Source: a virus (Duplodnaviria; Caudoviricetes). From it: a DNA stretch of 64,000 nt. Every line of letters begins with the position of its first letter. Positions within the stretch are counted from its first letter, which is position 1. The stretch is taken from positions 7,026-71,025 of the IMG/VR virus record IMGVR_UViG_3300030330_006886; one strand, written 5' to 3'. This document shows, piece after piece, positions 55,645 through 64,000 of the stretch. Below the pieces are notes generated by a model. It worked only from the letters and a program-made list of their open reading frames with translations. It ran no database searches and was not told the DNA's origin. The position numbers and the translations under genes are program-made.

Positions 55645-57516
55645 TTAGTTTATAAACATGGGAGTAAAAGTAGATTGAACAGACTCTTGTTTAAAGTTCA
55701 TCATATCAAAATACGTTTTTACCATCCAGTTGCCTAATACTAAAGCTGAATAGCTATCTTTTCTAGCTTTATCTCTGCCAGATTGCCTTTTTAGATTAGG
55801 CGGAAGGTCAAAAGTTTGCGTGCCTTGGGAAGTTGTGGTTATTTGTATAAGTGCGCATTCTACTTTTGTTAAATCAATTATGTCTGTTTGATGTTCAATA
55901 AAATCAATCATTTTTGCTTCTCTACCCATTTTTTCGTTATCGCCAGCACGCAGATATTTTAATGTATCAATTGGTATATGTTTTCTTTTTTGATTTTGAT
56001 ATGAGTCGTCAATAGCTCTTGACGCAAAAAATATTCTTTTATGATCAAAATTAGATTGCAATAACTCGTTAGCCTGTCTGATCCAATTGCTTGTAGGTTT
56101 TCTTAAATAGCAAATCTTTTTTTCTTTTATGTTATAAGAATTTCTAGCATTTTGTAAATCTTGTCTGTAACTTTCAGAATGCTCAAATGGAACATCAATA
56201 ATTCCTAAATTTATTTTATCCTTCTTAAATGTTTCACTTTCATTGCATGCGCTTAAAAACTGTACGCCACCAGCATAGTCACCTACTACCATTACAATAT
56301 TAAAGTTGGTAAGCAGATAATGAAAATATCTAATGTGATCTTTCATGTTTGCACCAGATAGCGCATAACTATGAACCACGGTGCCAACTTGTTTTTCTTT
56401 ATTTAATTTTAAAACTTGTATTGCAAAATCATCAGAGCTTTCACTTTCTGCCCAGCTTGGGTCAAAAGCCAATAAATATTCTGCTCCAGGCTCACCAGCA
56501 ACTTCTACAGAAGGATCTTCTCCGTCTGGTATGGTACAGTCTGCCATTTTTGATATTTTAAAATATCCGCTACTATCGTCTGTAAACTTTGCGCCAAACT
56601 CGCGATCAAACTGAGATTCACTCATAGTTGCTTTTGCTTGGTTGATTAAGTTTTGATCGTACAACTGTTTAGGGGCACAGTCGTATGAAAATTGCATAAT
56701 TGTTCTATGAGCGGTGTCTTTCGAATTTTGATTAAAAATTAAGTTTTCAAATTGACTGTATAATTTATACATATACTCAAATTTGTAAGACGCAGAAGAA
56801 AGTGCTATAAGTTTGTTGTTTGGCCAAACATATCTTTCTTCTTCGGTCATTTTCCCCTGCTTGATTAAATCTGTTTCAAGGTTGTATAAATCTTCACGTT
56901 GTGTTGGATTTTCCACGACAGATAAAAACGGTACAATCACCTCGTTGTAAATTCTTTCTGGCATGAGCAAAAATTCGTCAATAATTATTCTATGAAAACG
57001 AAAACCGCGCAGCTTCTCACCATCACCTAATGGTAACGCTCTTATTCTTGAACTACCAATTTCTAACAACCATTCGTCATTACTTTTGCTTTTCTTTGTT
57101 ATGCACTGAGCGAACAAAGCCGCTTCAGGTTTTGCCGCAATATCTTCTATTTTCTTGAAGATCATTTTTGCCTGTCTGAACGATTTAGAAAGTATTCCTA
57201 TTTCAACGCCTTGATTAAGCGTCGCATCAAGCGCGGCAAATATAGCGGTTGTAAAAGACTTTGACATACCACGAGACCACACGCCCATAAAATAATCTGT
57301 TTCAAACATAGCCTTCACGGACATATGCTGAAACGGAAAAAGTTTTATACCCATCAGTAAGTCTGCTGCAAAAGTTGTATTTTCTCGCAAGAACTTATAC
57401 AGTAAAAGCTTGGCTTCTTTTTCTTCTAAGAAACCAAGATCACCTTCAAGAAGCTCTTTGTTTATATCGCGGGTTTTGCTGAGTCTTCTTTTTTGATTGC
57501 CTTCTTGCCAAGCCAT
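55645..57516 (-). CDS. terL: Terminase large subunit
   Basis: LFPFQ adenine motif, WSRGMSKS Walker A variant, LRGFRFHRIIIDE Walker B, RNase H-like LLAFDPS...RKDSYSAL. Confidence 0.92.
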   Translation of the reverse strand: MAWQEGNQKRRLSKTRDINKELLEGDLGFLEEKEAKLLLYKFLRENTTFAADLLMGIKLFPFQHMSVKAMFETDYFMGVWSRGMSKSFTTAIFAALDATLNQGVEIGILSKSFRQAKMIFKKIEDIAAKPEAALFAQCITKKSKSNDEWLLEIGSSRIRALPLGDGEKLRGFRFHRIIIDEFLLMPERIYNEVIVPFLSVVENPTQREDLYNLETDLIKQGKMTEEERYVWPNNKLIALSSASYKFEYMYKLYSQFENLIFNQNSKDTAHRTIMQFSYDCAPKQLYDQNLINQAKATMSESQFDREFGAKFTDDSSGYFKISKMADCTIPDGEDPSVEVAGEPGAEYLLAFDPSWAESESSDDFAIQVLKLNKEKQVGTVVHSYALSGANMKDHIRYFHYLLTNFNIVMVVGDYAGGVQFLSACNESETFKKDKINLGIIDVPFEHSESYRQDLQNARNSYNIKEKKICYLRKPTSNWIRQANELLQSNFDHKRIFFASRAIDDSYQNQKRKHIPIDTLKYLRAGDNEKMGREAKMIDFIEHQTDIIDLTKVECALIQITTTSQGTQTFDLPPNLKRQSGRDKARKDSYSALVLGNWMVKTYFDMMNFKQESVQSTFTPMFIN

Positions 57517-58432
57517 AATTTCTTGCGTCTATATGATATTGTAAATCACAATACCATATCTTTCTTCCAAAATATAAAATTCTTTGAATCAAATCCATCG
57601 AAGAAGTTCTATTACCAGAAAAAACAAATTGACATGTTTCTGGGAACTCGTGGCATAATGCTTTCATATTGTGAAAAATAAATTTTAAGTTTGCGGGATG
57701 TGGAGAAAAGTGATTTTGCTTTTTAATTTTTTGTATACTGCTATCAACCACAACAAACACATAACTGTCCATTGCTTTTGCTCTTGCCATTTCTTTTCTA
57801 AACCGCGGAAAGTTGTACGACATTGTAGATTTAAAATCTGACTCGCTTTTTCTTTCTACAAATGTATAATCATATTTAGTACCACTTGCAGTATAATCTG
57901 CAAAGTCTAATGCAAACTTTTTAGTATTTTTAAAAGGTAGCGGATTGTTTTCACGTGTGTCAATAACTATTTCTAAGTTGTCAAAACCTTCTTGAGTAAA
58001 AAAGCTTTCGTCCAAGTTTCTATATAGCATTGGGCGTACTCCAGCCTGACTGCAGGCATGAGAATAACTTGTGAAAAACTTTTTGTAAATGTCTATTGTT
58101 GGTAAATCACTTAATAAAAGCTCAAGATGTGTTGGGCCAAGCTTTAACTCTTTTTCTTGTATGCGTTCTTTTAGTTTTTTCAAAGTATATTTTTTAACTT
58201 CATCAACATCTGAATGGTGGCACCATTTTAAAAGTTGACTGTATGTAGAAAAATCTTTTGCAAAATAATCCTTCTTGTTTTTGAATGGTAAAAGATCACC
58301 AGTCAATAAATTTTTTCTTGGAAAATGTTTTGTATAATAATCCGCAAGTGTCATATCATGACCTTTTAGATGGCGATGAAGTGCCGCCTCAGAGCCAAAA
58401 TCTTTACCACACTCTTTACAGTTAAATGACAT
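57446..58432 (-). CDS. C2H2 zinc finger plus ERCC4 (XPF/Mus81-type) nuclease
   Basis: CKECGKDFGSEAALHRHLKGH; IVIDTRE, DFADY, VERKSESDF (ERKx3D), RFRKEMARA. Confidence 0.85.
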   Translation of the reverse strand: MSFNCKECGKDFGSEAALHRHLKGHDMTLADYYTKHFPRKNLLTGDLLPFKNKKDYFAKDFSTYSQLLKWCHHSDVDEVKKYTLKKLKERIQEKELKLGPTHLELLLSDLPTIDIYKKFFTSYSHACSQAGVRPMLYRNLDESFFTQEGFDNLEIVIDTRENNPLPFKNTKKFALDFADYTASGTKYDYTFVERKSESDFKSTMSYNFPRFRKEMARAKAMDSYVFVVVDSSIQKIKKQNHFSPHPANLKFIFHNMKALCHEFPETCQFVFSGNRTSSMDLIQRILYFGRKIWYCDLQYHIDARNYGLARRQSKKKTQQNPRYKQRAS

Positions 58433-59474
58433 CGTCTTTTCTCACTCCTAAAACTCTTGATTTCCATTCGCCCATGGACTCAAGTTCGTCCGCCTCTTTG
58501 CGAACAACCTTCTTTTGCATTTCTGCCATCTTAACCATAATGCCACGCTCTTGTTCTTCTTGAAAAAGTTGAACAATATTTAAAATGCTAGCGTTCTGCT
58601 GATTCCTAGATGCGACGCGTTTTGCACGATCACCATTTAACTTAGTGATCAACTTGTCCATGCGTGATGCACATTGATTATATTCTTCGCTTTTGGTTTT
58701 TAAAATCTCTGTTAGACGAATTGTAAATTCTTGTTGATCTTGGGCGTCATCAAACATCATGTTTAACTTAGCTTTTTGTTGTTCAATGTGTTTTAAATTT
58801 ATATAATCCATACACACATTGATATATAAATTAATTTCGTCAGATGTTAAATCTGGCTTATCCCAAACGCATCTTACAAACTCTGCCTCAAATAATTCTC
58901 TGTCTTCTTGTGAGCCGTAGTTGTTAATTACTTGTAAAAATCTAGGGCTTGATAAAAAGTTCATTAAGCTCTCTGCAGCTTTTCTGTCTTGCATTTGCAG
59001 TTTGTTTTCATCAAGATCTTTACCTGCAAAGTCATTTATCTTTTTGATTGACCTTGACAAAGCTTTTGGCGGACTGTATCTCGTGCCCACAGCACTTTCT
59101 TCCGATTTTACAAAATCTGGGTGATGGTTCTTAATGTAGTCTGCTACGACTCTTTGCTCTTTTGATAGCTTTTTGATTTCTTTATTTGGCCACAACAACT
59201 CTGCCAGTTGTATGCTTGACATATCTTGACCAGCATGTGAATTTAAAAATTCTTTTTCTTCATCTGTTAAAATTATTTCCTCAACCTTTGAATGTTTAGA
59301 AGTTTGATAGTTCAAACCTTGATCAACCATGAACTTTCTGATAGAACGTCCAATTTTGCTTCTACCATCAATGGTATCGTCACCCGATACTATTTGCGTT
59401 AGCCGTGTTAAGTCTGGTATAGATTTGTAATTTTCTGCAATTAACTTTTTTTGCTCGTCAGTTAATTCACTCAT
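58422..59474 (-). CDS. Hypothetical helical protein (possible small terminase or regulator)
   Basis: Two LTDE(Q/E)K repeats with HTH-like segments; C-terminal coiled coil; two genes upstream of terL. Confidence 0.4.
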   Translation of the reverse strand: MSELTDEQKKLIAENYKSIPDLTRLTQIVSGDDTIDGRSKIGRSIRKFMVDQGLNYQTSKHSKVEEIILTDEEKEFLNSHAGQDMSSIQLAELLWPNKEIKKLSKEQRVVADYIKNHHPDFVKSEESAVGTRYSPPKALSRSIKKINDFAGKDLDENKLQMQDRKAAESLMNFLSSPRFLQVINNYGSQEDRELFEAEFVRCVWDKPDLTSDEINLYINVCMDYINLKHIEQQKAKLNMMFDDAQDQQEFTIRLTEILKTKSEEYNQCASRMDKLITKLNGDRAKRVASRNQQNASILNIVQLFQEEQERGIMVKMAEMQKKVVRKEADELESMGEWKSRVLGVRKDDVI

Positions 59475-60183
59475 TTGTTATTATAATATCTTTTTCCTTA
59501 ATAATCAAAATAGCTTTTTCTTTAAACATTTTTTTTAAGTTTTTGATTTGCTTGTATCCAGCTTTTCTGTTTTTTTCATTAGTGGTATAACCAAGATCTT
59601 TTGCAACTTCATCTTCTGGTAAATTTTTAATAAATAAGTCTTCGTAAACTTTGTAATGTTTTGTATTCAATACCATCTTCATTTCAATGTGTAGTTTTTT
59701 TATAGAGTCGCCAAAATTAAACTCTGTTGTTGAAATAGAAAATACTTCTTGTTGATGATTTTCAAGTGCTAGTGGTAACTTTATATCATACGCATGTTTT
59801 TTACTTTTTTCCCATTTAGCATATAGCTTGCATTCAGAGCATTGTTTTTTACTTGGTGTGAACGAGCAACTGTTTTCTCCGCCGCCTTCTTCTTCTGATT
59901 CATTGAATGGACAGTTTAAACATGGTCGCGCAAAATTACTATAATGATTTCTTAAAATATTTTTAAGTTGATTAGAAATAATTTTGTTAACCCATGGCTC
60001 AAGATTTCTTGACTGATCCCATTGATCCCACTTTTTAAAAATATGAAATCTTATGATTTGCTCAACGTCTTCGAAGTCAAACCATGCAAGTGCATTTAAA
60101 TGCCACTTGTGTTTTCTTTTTTGAAGCTCTGCGTCAATAATTTCGACTTTGTCTTCGTACTTGTATTTCTTTTTACGAGGCAT
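59467..60183 (-). CDS. ECF-like RNA polymerase sigma factor with Cys-rich insertion
   Basis: Region 2-like DFEDVEQIIRFHIFKKWDQWDQSRNLEPWVNKIISNQLKNILRN; region 4 HTH YEDLFIKNLPEDEVAKDLGY; CLNC...C...CSEC between them. Confidence 0.75.
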   Translation of the reverse strand: MPRKKKYKYEDKVEIIDAELQKRKHKWHLNALAWFDFEDVEQIIRFHIFKKWDQWDQSRNLEPWVNKIISNQLKNILRNHYSNFARPCLNCPFNESEEEGGGENSCSFTPSKKQCSECKLYAKWEKSKKHAYDIKLPLALENHQQEVFSISTTEFNFGDSIKKLHIEMKMVLNTKHYKVYEDLFIKNLPEDEVAKDLGYTTNEKNRKAGYKQIKNLKKMFKEKAILIIKEKDIIITNE

Positions 60184-60572
60184 TAATCATCTAAAGGTCT
60201 GTTACGAGCACTTTGACACTCTCTCATAGTTTCGGCTTCAATTTCTTCTCGAGTCATTCTTTTTGAAGCTTGACTAGTGTTTGAGATCCTCGTACCTTCA
60301 GATGAAGATTGTTTTGAATTTATAAGTTGACCAATAGTCGTTTTGTTATTAGCGCCAACATCAACAGAGTATTCTAATTTTGAAATATTTGGAATGTCTG
60401 TTGGTTCTTCTAAATTAGCTTGTGCTGATTGCAGGTGAGGTGCGTTTGTGGTTCGTGGTTCGTTGCCTGCTGTCGCCTGGTTCAGTGATTGCCCACAACC
60501 AGCACAAAATTTTGCTTCGTTTAAAGTGTAAACGTTTTTAAAACCACATTGTGTACAGTATCTAAATGGCAT
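60183..60572 (-). CDS. Zinc-ribbon protein
   Basis: CTQCG-x10-CAGCG at the N-terminus; low-complexity remainder. Confidence 0.75.
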   Translation of the reverse strand: MPFRYCTQCGFKNVYTLNEAKFCAGCGQSLNQATAGNEPRTTNAPHLQSAQANLEEPTDIPNISKLEYSVDVGANNKTTIGQLINSKQSSSEGTRISNTSQASKRMTREEIEAETMRECQSARNRPLDD

Positions 60573-60602
60573 ATTTTATTTTATATATTTTTTAAAATAT
60601 TT

Positions 60603-61427
60603 CTAACTTGAACGTTTAGTGTTTACACTTTTATTTTGTCTTGTGGCTCTTTTTTTAGCTGAAGCAGGAGTTTCTTGTAGTTTTTCGAGCTTACCAACAA
60701 TAAATTTAAGTATTTCGCTTCTTACAATATCCTCCTTGTAAAAGTCAAAACAATATATGCCTTTTTCGTTAGATTCTTTATCATTAAAAAGATTTGATAT
60801 AGTTTTAAATCCGCTTTTACCATTAATGTCACTTTGCATAGGATCACCGCAAATAAATAATTTACTATTTTCTCCTAGTCTTGTTATTAAGGTGGTTAGC
60901 TCTTTTGCGGTAAAGTTTTGAGATTCATCTGCAATAATAATTTTATTAATCCAGTTTGAGCCACGCAAGTAATTTATGGGCATAGCATTTATGATTTTCT
61001 TTTGTTCTAAAAAGTTTCTTTCTTGTGAAGCTATCATTTCTTCAAGCTTATCATTTAGTGGCATCATAAAAGGATTAAACTTTTCATTAACGTCTCCTGG
61101 AAGCGAGCCCAAACCTTTTTCGCCACTCTCAGCAATAGTACGAACATACATAATATCATAATCGTTGTTAATATTGAAGAGTTGAAGTGCAGTATATACA
61201 GCCAAATAAGTTTTGCTTGTTCCAGCGGGACCGCGTACAAACATCATTTTCGTATCTTTAGCAATCGATAATTTTAAAAATTGTTTTTGTTTTTCAGTAA
61301 ACTTTACTGGGTTTAATTTTATTTTTTTCTTTTTCAAAGAAGACATGCAATCTATTATGTTGTTTTCGTCAGTTTCGCAAATAACGTCAGCATTAGACAC
61401 CGCCTTGATAGCAGATTTTCTAGCCAT
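60603..61427 (-). CDS. phoH: PhoH-family ATPase
   Basis: GPAGTSKT, LGSLPGD..EKFNPF, YLRG, IIADESQN, LITRLGENSK..ICGDPMQSD, DIVRSE. Confidence 0.95.
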   Translation of the reverse strand: MARKSAIKAVSNADVICETDENNIIDCMSSLKKKKIKLNPVKFTEKQKQFLKLSIAKDTKMMFVRGPAGTSKTYLAVYTALQLFNINNDYDIMYVRTIAESGEKGLGSLPGDVNEKFNPFMMPLNDKLEEMIASQERNFLEQKKIINAMPINYLRGSNWINKIIIADESQNFTAKELTTLITRLGENSKLFICGDPMQSDINGKSGFKTISNLFNDKESNEKGIYCFDFYKEDIVRSEILKFIVGKLEKLQETPASAKKRATRQNKSVNTKRSS

Positions 61428-61477
61428 TGTTTTATAAAAATTTTAGTGCTTAGTTTTGGTGTTATCACCATAATATA

Positions 61478-61483
61478 TTACAC
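61478..61483 (-). promoter_or_regulatory. GTGTAA motif
   Basis: AGTGTAATATATTA, 50 nt upstream of the phoH ATG 61427. Confidence 0.55.
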
Positions 61484-61492
61484 TAAAACTTG

Positions 61493-64000
61493 TTATATTC
61501 TATAACGAATTACCTCTTCTGAGACAACGTTTCCTGCTCCGCCAATAAAAATTTCTTTTTCAGTTGCGGCTAATGCGGTTTCTGGTCTCCCATGTCTATC
61601 AGTACCTCCAACTCCAGAATATTGTATTTCTTGCGTCTGGGTCCAGCTAGAACCTTCTCCAGTAAATACATAAGCAGCGCCTTTATTAGCATCACCTCTG
61701 CCTGGCGCGCCCACAACAATTTTATGAGCGGTTGGCATTGATACAGTGTAGCCAAATAAATCGTTTGCCGCAGCAGCAGTTTGACTAAGCGTAGCTGCGT
61801 ATTTCCATCGAGTTGGCTTAGACTTATAATTTTTTGCGTCACTTGCCGCGTCGTTAAATCCTGTAAATACAAAAACTGCTCCAGCATTAGAAGTTCCATT
61901 GTGATCGCCACTAGGAGCGCCGACTACAATAGTATTTTCAAAAATGTCTACGTCAGTGCCAAAAGCTGAATTTTGAGTTACACCTTCGGTTGATCCATAC
62001 TTAGTACCAGTTAAATTTGCAACAACCCTATAATTCCCGATTGCGTCACCATCTCCTTGTGTGGCAACATAAACCAAAGCAGATCCCGAAGGGTGCGTGC
62101 CTGCTAGAATATTATTTTCAGGCGCACCAGCAACAATAACCCCTTTGTGCATTGCTACACTATGCCCCAATCTTTGACCTGCCGTGAAAATTTGACCAGC
62201 CAAGTCTAAACTGGCTGTTCCTATCTGGGCCTCACTAAACGCATCAACTGCAGAAGTTTTATATCCGTTTGTAACTGTTCCTTTGAATAAATATATCGCT
62301 CCATGATTTCCAGTGCTACCAACAGTTTGATGTGGTGCACCTATAACTCCGAGCTGTTGACCGTCACCACTAACAGATTTATCAAAAGCAATATCGTCTG
62401 AGTATCTGATGTTATTTGTAGCGTCAGTTAAAACAGTGTTAATTGTAAAAGAGTTTTTGGCATCATTAGGTTCAAAAATTGAAACCGATCCATCATCTCC
62501 AGCCGCATCTGGGGTCGCAATTGCGATCAATCCACTAGGGCTAACGGCCACTGCACCGCCAAAATTATGATGCCTGCTATCATCTGGTAATTTTGCAGTA
62601 TTGCTTAATCCAGCTTGTCTAATTCCCGCTTCTCCGCTTGTTTGGTGGATTTGCTTGTAGAAACCTTTTTCTTTTTTATAAATATATGCTGCACCATTTT
62701 CGAATGTGTCACCCCCGCCAATAAATCCGCTTGCACCAATAACCAAAAAGTCATCATTTGCCGCAACAGCGCTGCCAAAGCTAAATATACCATAGCCTTG
62801 ATCAGTTTTTGTGTCTGTTGACATTCCTGTTTCAATTACTTGTAACTGCTCATAATTTCCAGAAGAATTCATTGTAAATGATCCACCCAAAGAGCCATCT
62901 GCTACATTTTTAGGATCACCTAATTGTGCCGTAAAAGTATAATCAGCGCTTCTGTTGTCACCAATGGACATACCATAAGATTCGCTTTCCAATGTAGCAT
63001 TTTTTAATATATATACAATAGACTTGTCTCCCTGCTTTGCTCCAGCGCTAGAAGGTTTATGCATTGTTATTTTAATATCATTTTTATTATTAGCGTAAAC
63101 TTCTTCAAACAAAGATCTTGTTTCATCTGGGCGATCTGCTAAAATAGCAGAAATGCTGACAGATGCAGTAATCGGAGTATCTAAAACTTTTGAGTACCCA
63201 AACGAGTTACCAATTCTTTGTAAAGTCGTTCTTCCTAATGGCACATCAATAGAAAAACTTTGTATATGAGCAGAATTTGCTCCAGCACTATCAGATATTA
63301 AACTTAATAAAGCGCCAGTACCAAAGTCAACCTCAATGTCGCCTGGTAATAATTGCGCTACACCGTCTCCAGTGCTTATATATTCATTTGGTATAACATA
63401 TGTTTCGGTAGATTTTGTGCCATCTTTTATGTTAATTCCTGGGCTGTCTCCAGCTTTATTGCCAGCATCAACTTTTATGTTAAAAGCTTCTGCAGAAACT
63501 GAAGCAATTGGCAACCCTCCAACTGAAGCATTTACGGAATAATTTGTTACATAACAGTTTCCAATTCCAATAACACTTTTATTACCATCTGATTGAGCTT
63601 CTAAATCTGAAATTGACCCTATAGCATCATTTTTTTGATCAGCTGTATAAATATAAAAATTTCTACCATCTTGATCGTTTATAAAACTTTCTGATAAAAA
63701 ATTAGAATTTTCAGCATTGTCGAATCCTAACAGATTTTCGTTTTGGCCATCAGTGAGGTAATAACTAAAGTCTAAAGAAACGGTTGGTGCAGATAAGACT
63801 GCAGAGTCTATTCTGGCTAATTGGCCAAACTGATAGGTATCAGTTCGATTAATAGAAAAACCATAATTAACATTCTGGACTCGCTTTAGCTGCCTGATTA
63901 AGCTTTCTCCTGCGCCTCCGTCATTTAGATATTGTGACCCTGTTGCTGACGGAGCCACCATCAAAATTTCATTTGAATAAATTGTCCTGTTTCTTGCCAT
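61493..64000 (-). CDS. Tail-tube-like domain fused to FG-GAP beta-propeller (835 aa)
   Basis: First ~385 aa collinear with 46452-47687 (MARNRTIY, FSINRTDTYQFGQLARIDSAV, HIQSFSIDVPLGRTTLQRIGNSFG); then about seven FG-x-x-VA...VVGAP...GAVYVF repeats. Confidence 0.85.
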   Translation of the reverse strand: MARNRTIYSNEILMVAPSATGSQYLNDGGAGESLIRQLKRVQNVNYGFSINRTDTYQFGQLARIDSAVLSAPTVSLDFSYYLTDGQNENLLGFDNAENSNFLSESFINDQDGRNFYIYTADQKNDAIGSISDLEAQSDGNKSVIGIGNCYVTNYSVNASVGGLPIASVSAEAFNIKVDAGNKAGDSPGINIKDGTKSTETYVIPNEYISTGDGVAQLLPGDIEVDFGTGALLSLISDSAGANSAHIQSFSIDVPLGRTTLQRIGNSFGYSKVLDTPITASVSISAILADRPDETRSLFEEVYANNKNDIKITMHKPSSAGAKQGDKSIVYILKNATLESESYGMSIGDNRSADYTFTAQLGDPKNVADGSLGGSFTMNSSGNYEQLQVIETGMSTDTKTDQGYGIFSFGSAVAANDDFLVIGASGFIGGGDTFENGAAYIYKKEKGFYKQIHQTSGEAGIRQAGLSNTAKLPDDSRHHNFGGAVAVSPSGLIAIATPDAAGDDGSVSIFEPNDAKNSFTINTVLTDATNNIRYSDDIAFDKSVSGDGQQLGVIGAPHQTVGSTGNHGAIYLFKGTVTNGYKTSAVDAFSEAQIGTASLDLAGQIFTAGQRLGHSVAMHKGVIVAGAPENNILAGTHPSGSALVYVATQGDGDAIGNYRVVANLTGTKYGSTEGVTQNSAFGTDVDIFENTIVVGAPSGDHNGTSNAGAVFVFTGFNDAASDAKNYKSKPTRWKYAATLSQTAAAANDLFGYTVSMPTAHKIVVGAPGRGDANKGAAYVFTGEGSSWTQTQEIQYSGVGGTDRHGRPETALAATEKEIFIGGAGNVVSEEVIRYRI

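Noticed and set aside
1714-63542. Numerous short ORFs antisense to or nested in real genes (e.g. 2232-2753, 9864-10289, 41871-42263)
   Set aside because: They shadow long genes on the opposite strand or frame, have no recognisable motifs, and are expected from codon bias.
1-64000. CRISPR array, tRNA, rRNA, integrase or stop-codon recoding
   Set aside because: No spaced direct repeats, cloverleaf or recombinase motifs seen by eye (tRNAscan-SE and Infernal would be decisive); genes translate full-length in the standard code.
1-64000. T4-like myovirus or contractile injection system
   Set aside because: No sheath or baseplate-wedge genes; the tip follows lambda M-L-K-I-J order.

Overview
This window is the virion-morphogenesis region of a large, AT-rich, long-tailed dsDNA phage (Caudoviricetes, siphovirus-like; no tail sheath gene seen). 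Read on the minus strand from the right end, it carries a tail-tube-like/FG-GAP fusion, PhoH, a zinc-ribbon protein, an ECF-like sigma factor with a Cys-rich insert, an unknown protein, a C2H2-ERCC4 nuclease, terminase, portal, protease/scaffold, a decoration-like protein and the major capsid protein. A 4.6 kb neck/tail-tube block follows on the opposite strand. Then come chaperone-like genes, the tape measure, two short tube-like genes, a lambda-like M-L-K-I-J tail tip, a 3623 aa fibre, five LamG proteins and a second large fibre truncated at the left edge. The main signals are: (1) an oriented GTGTAA motif upstream of 13 gene starts, a probable late promoter that may be read by the encoded sigma; (2) internally duplicated tube and Dit proteins suggesting a pseudo-hexameric C3 tail; (3) a tube paralogue fused to a seven-bladed FG-GAP propeller; (4) a C2H2 zinc finger-ERCC4 nuclease overlapping terminase. 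All annotations come from motif recognition by eye; no searches were run and the host cannot be determined.
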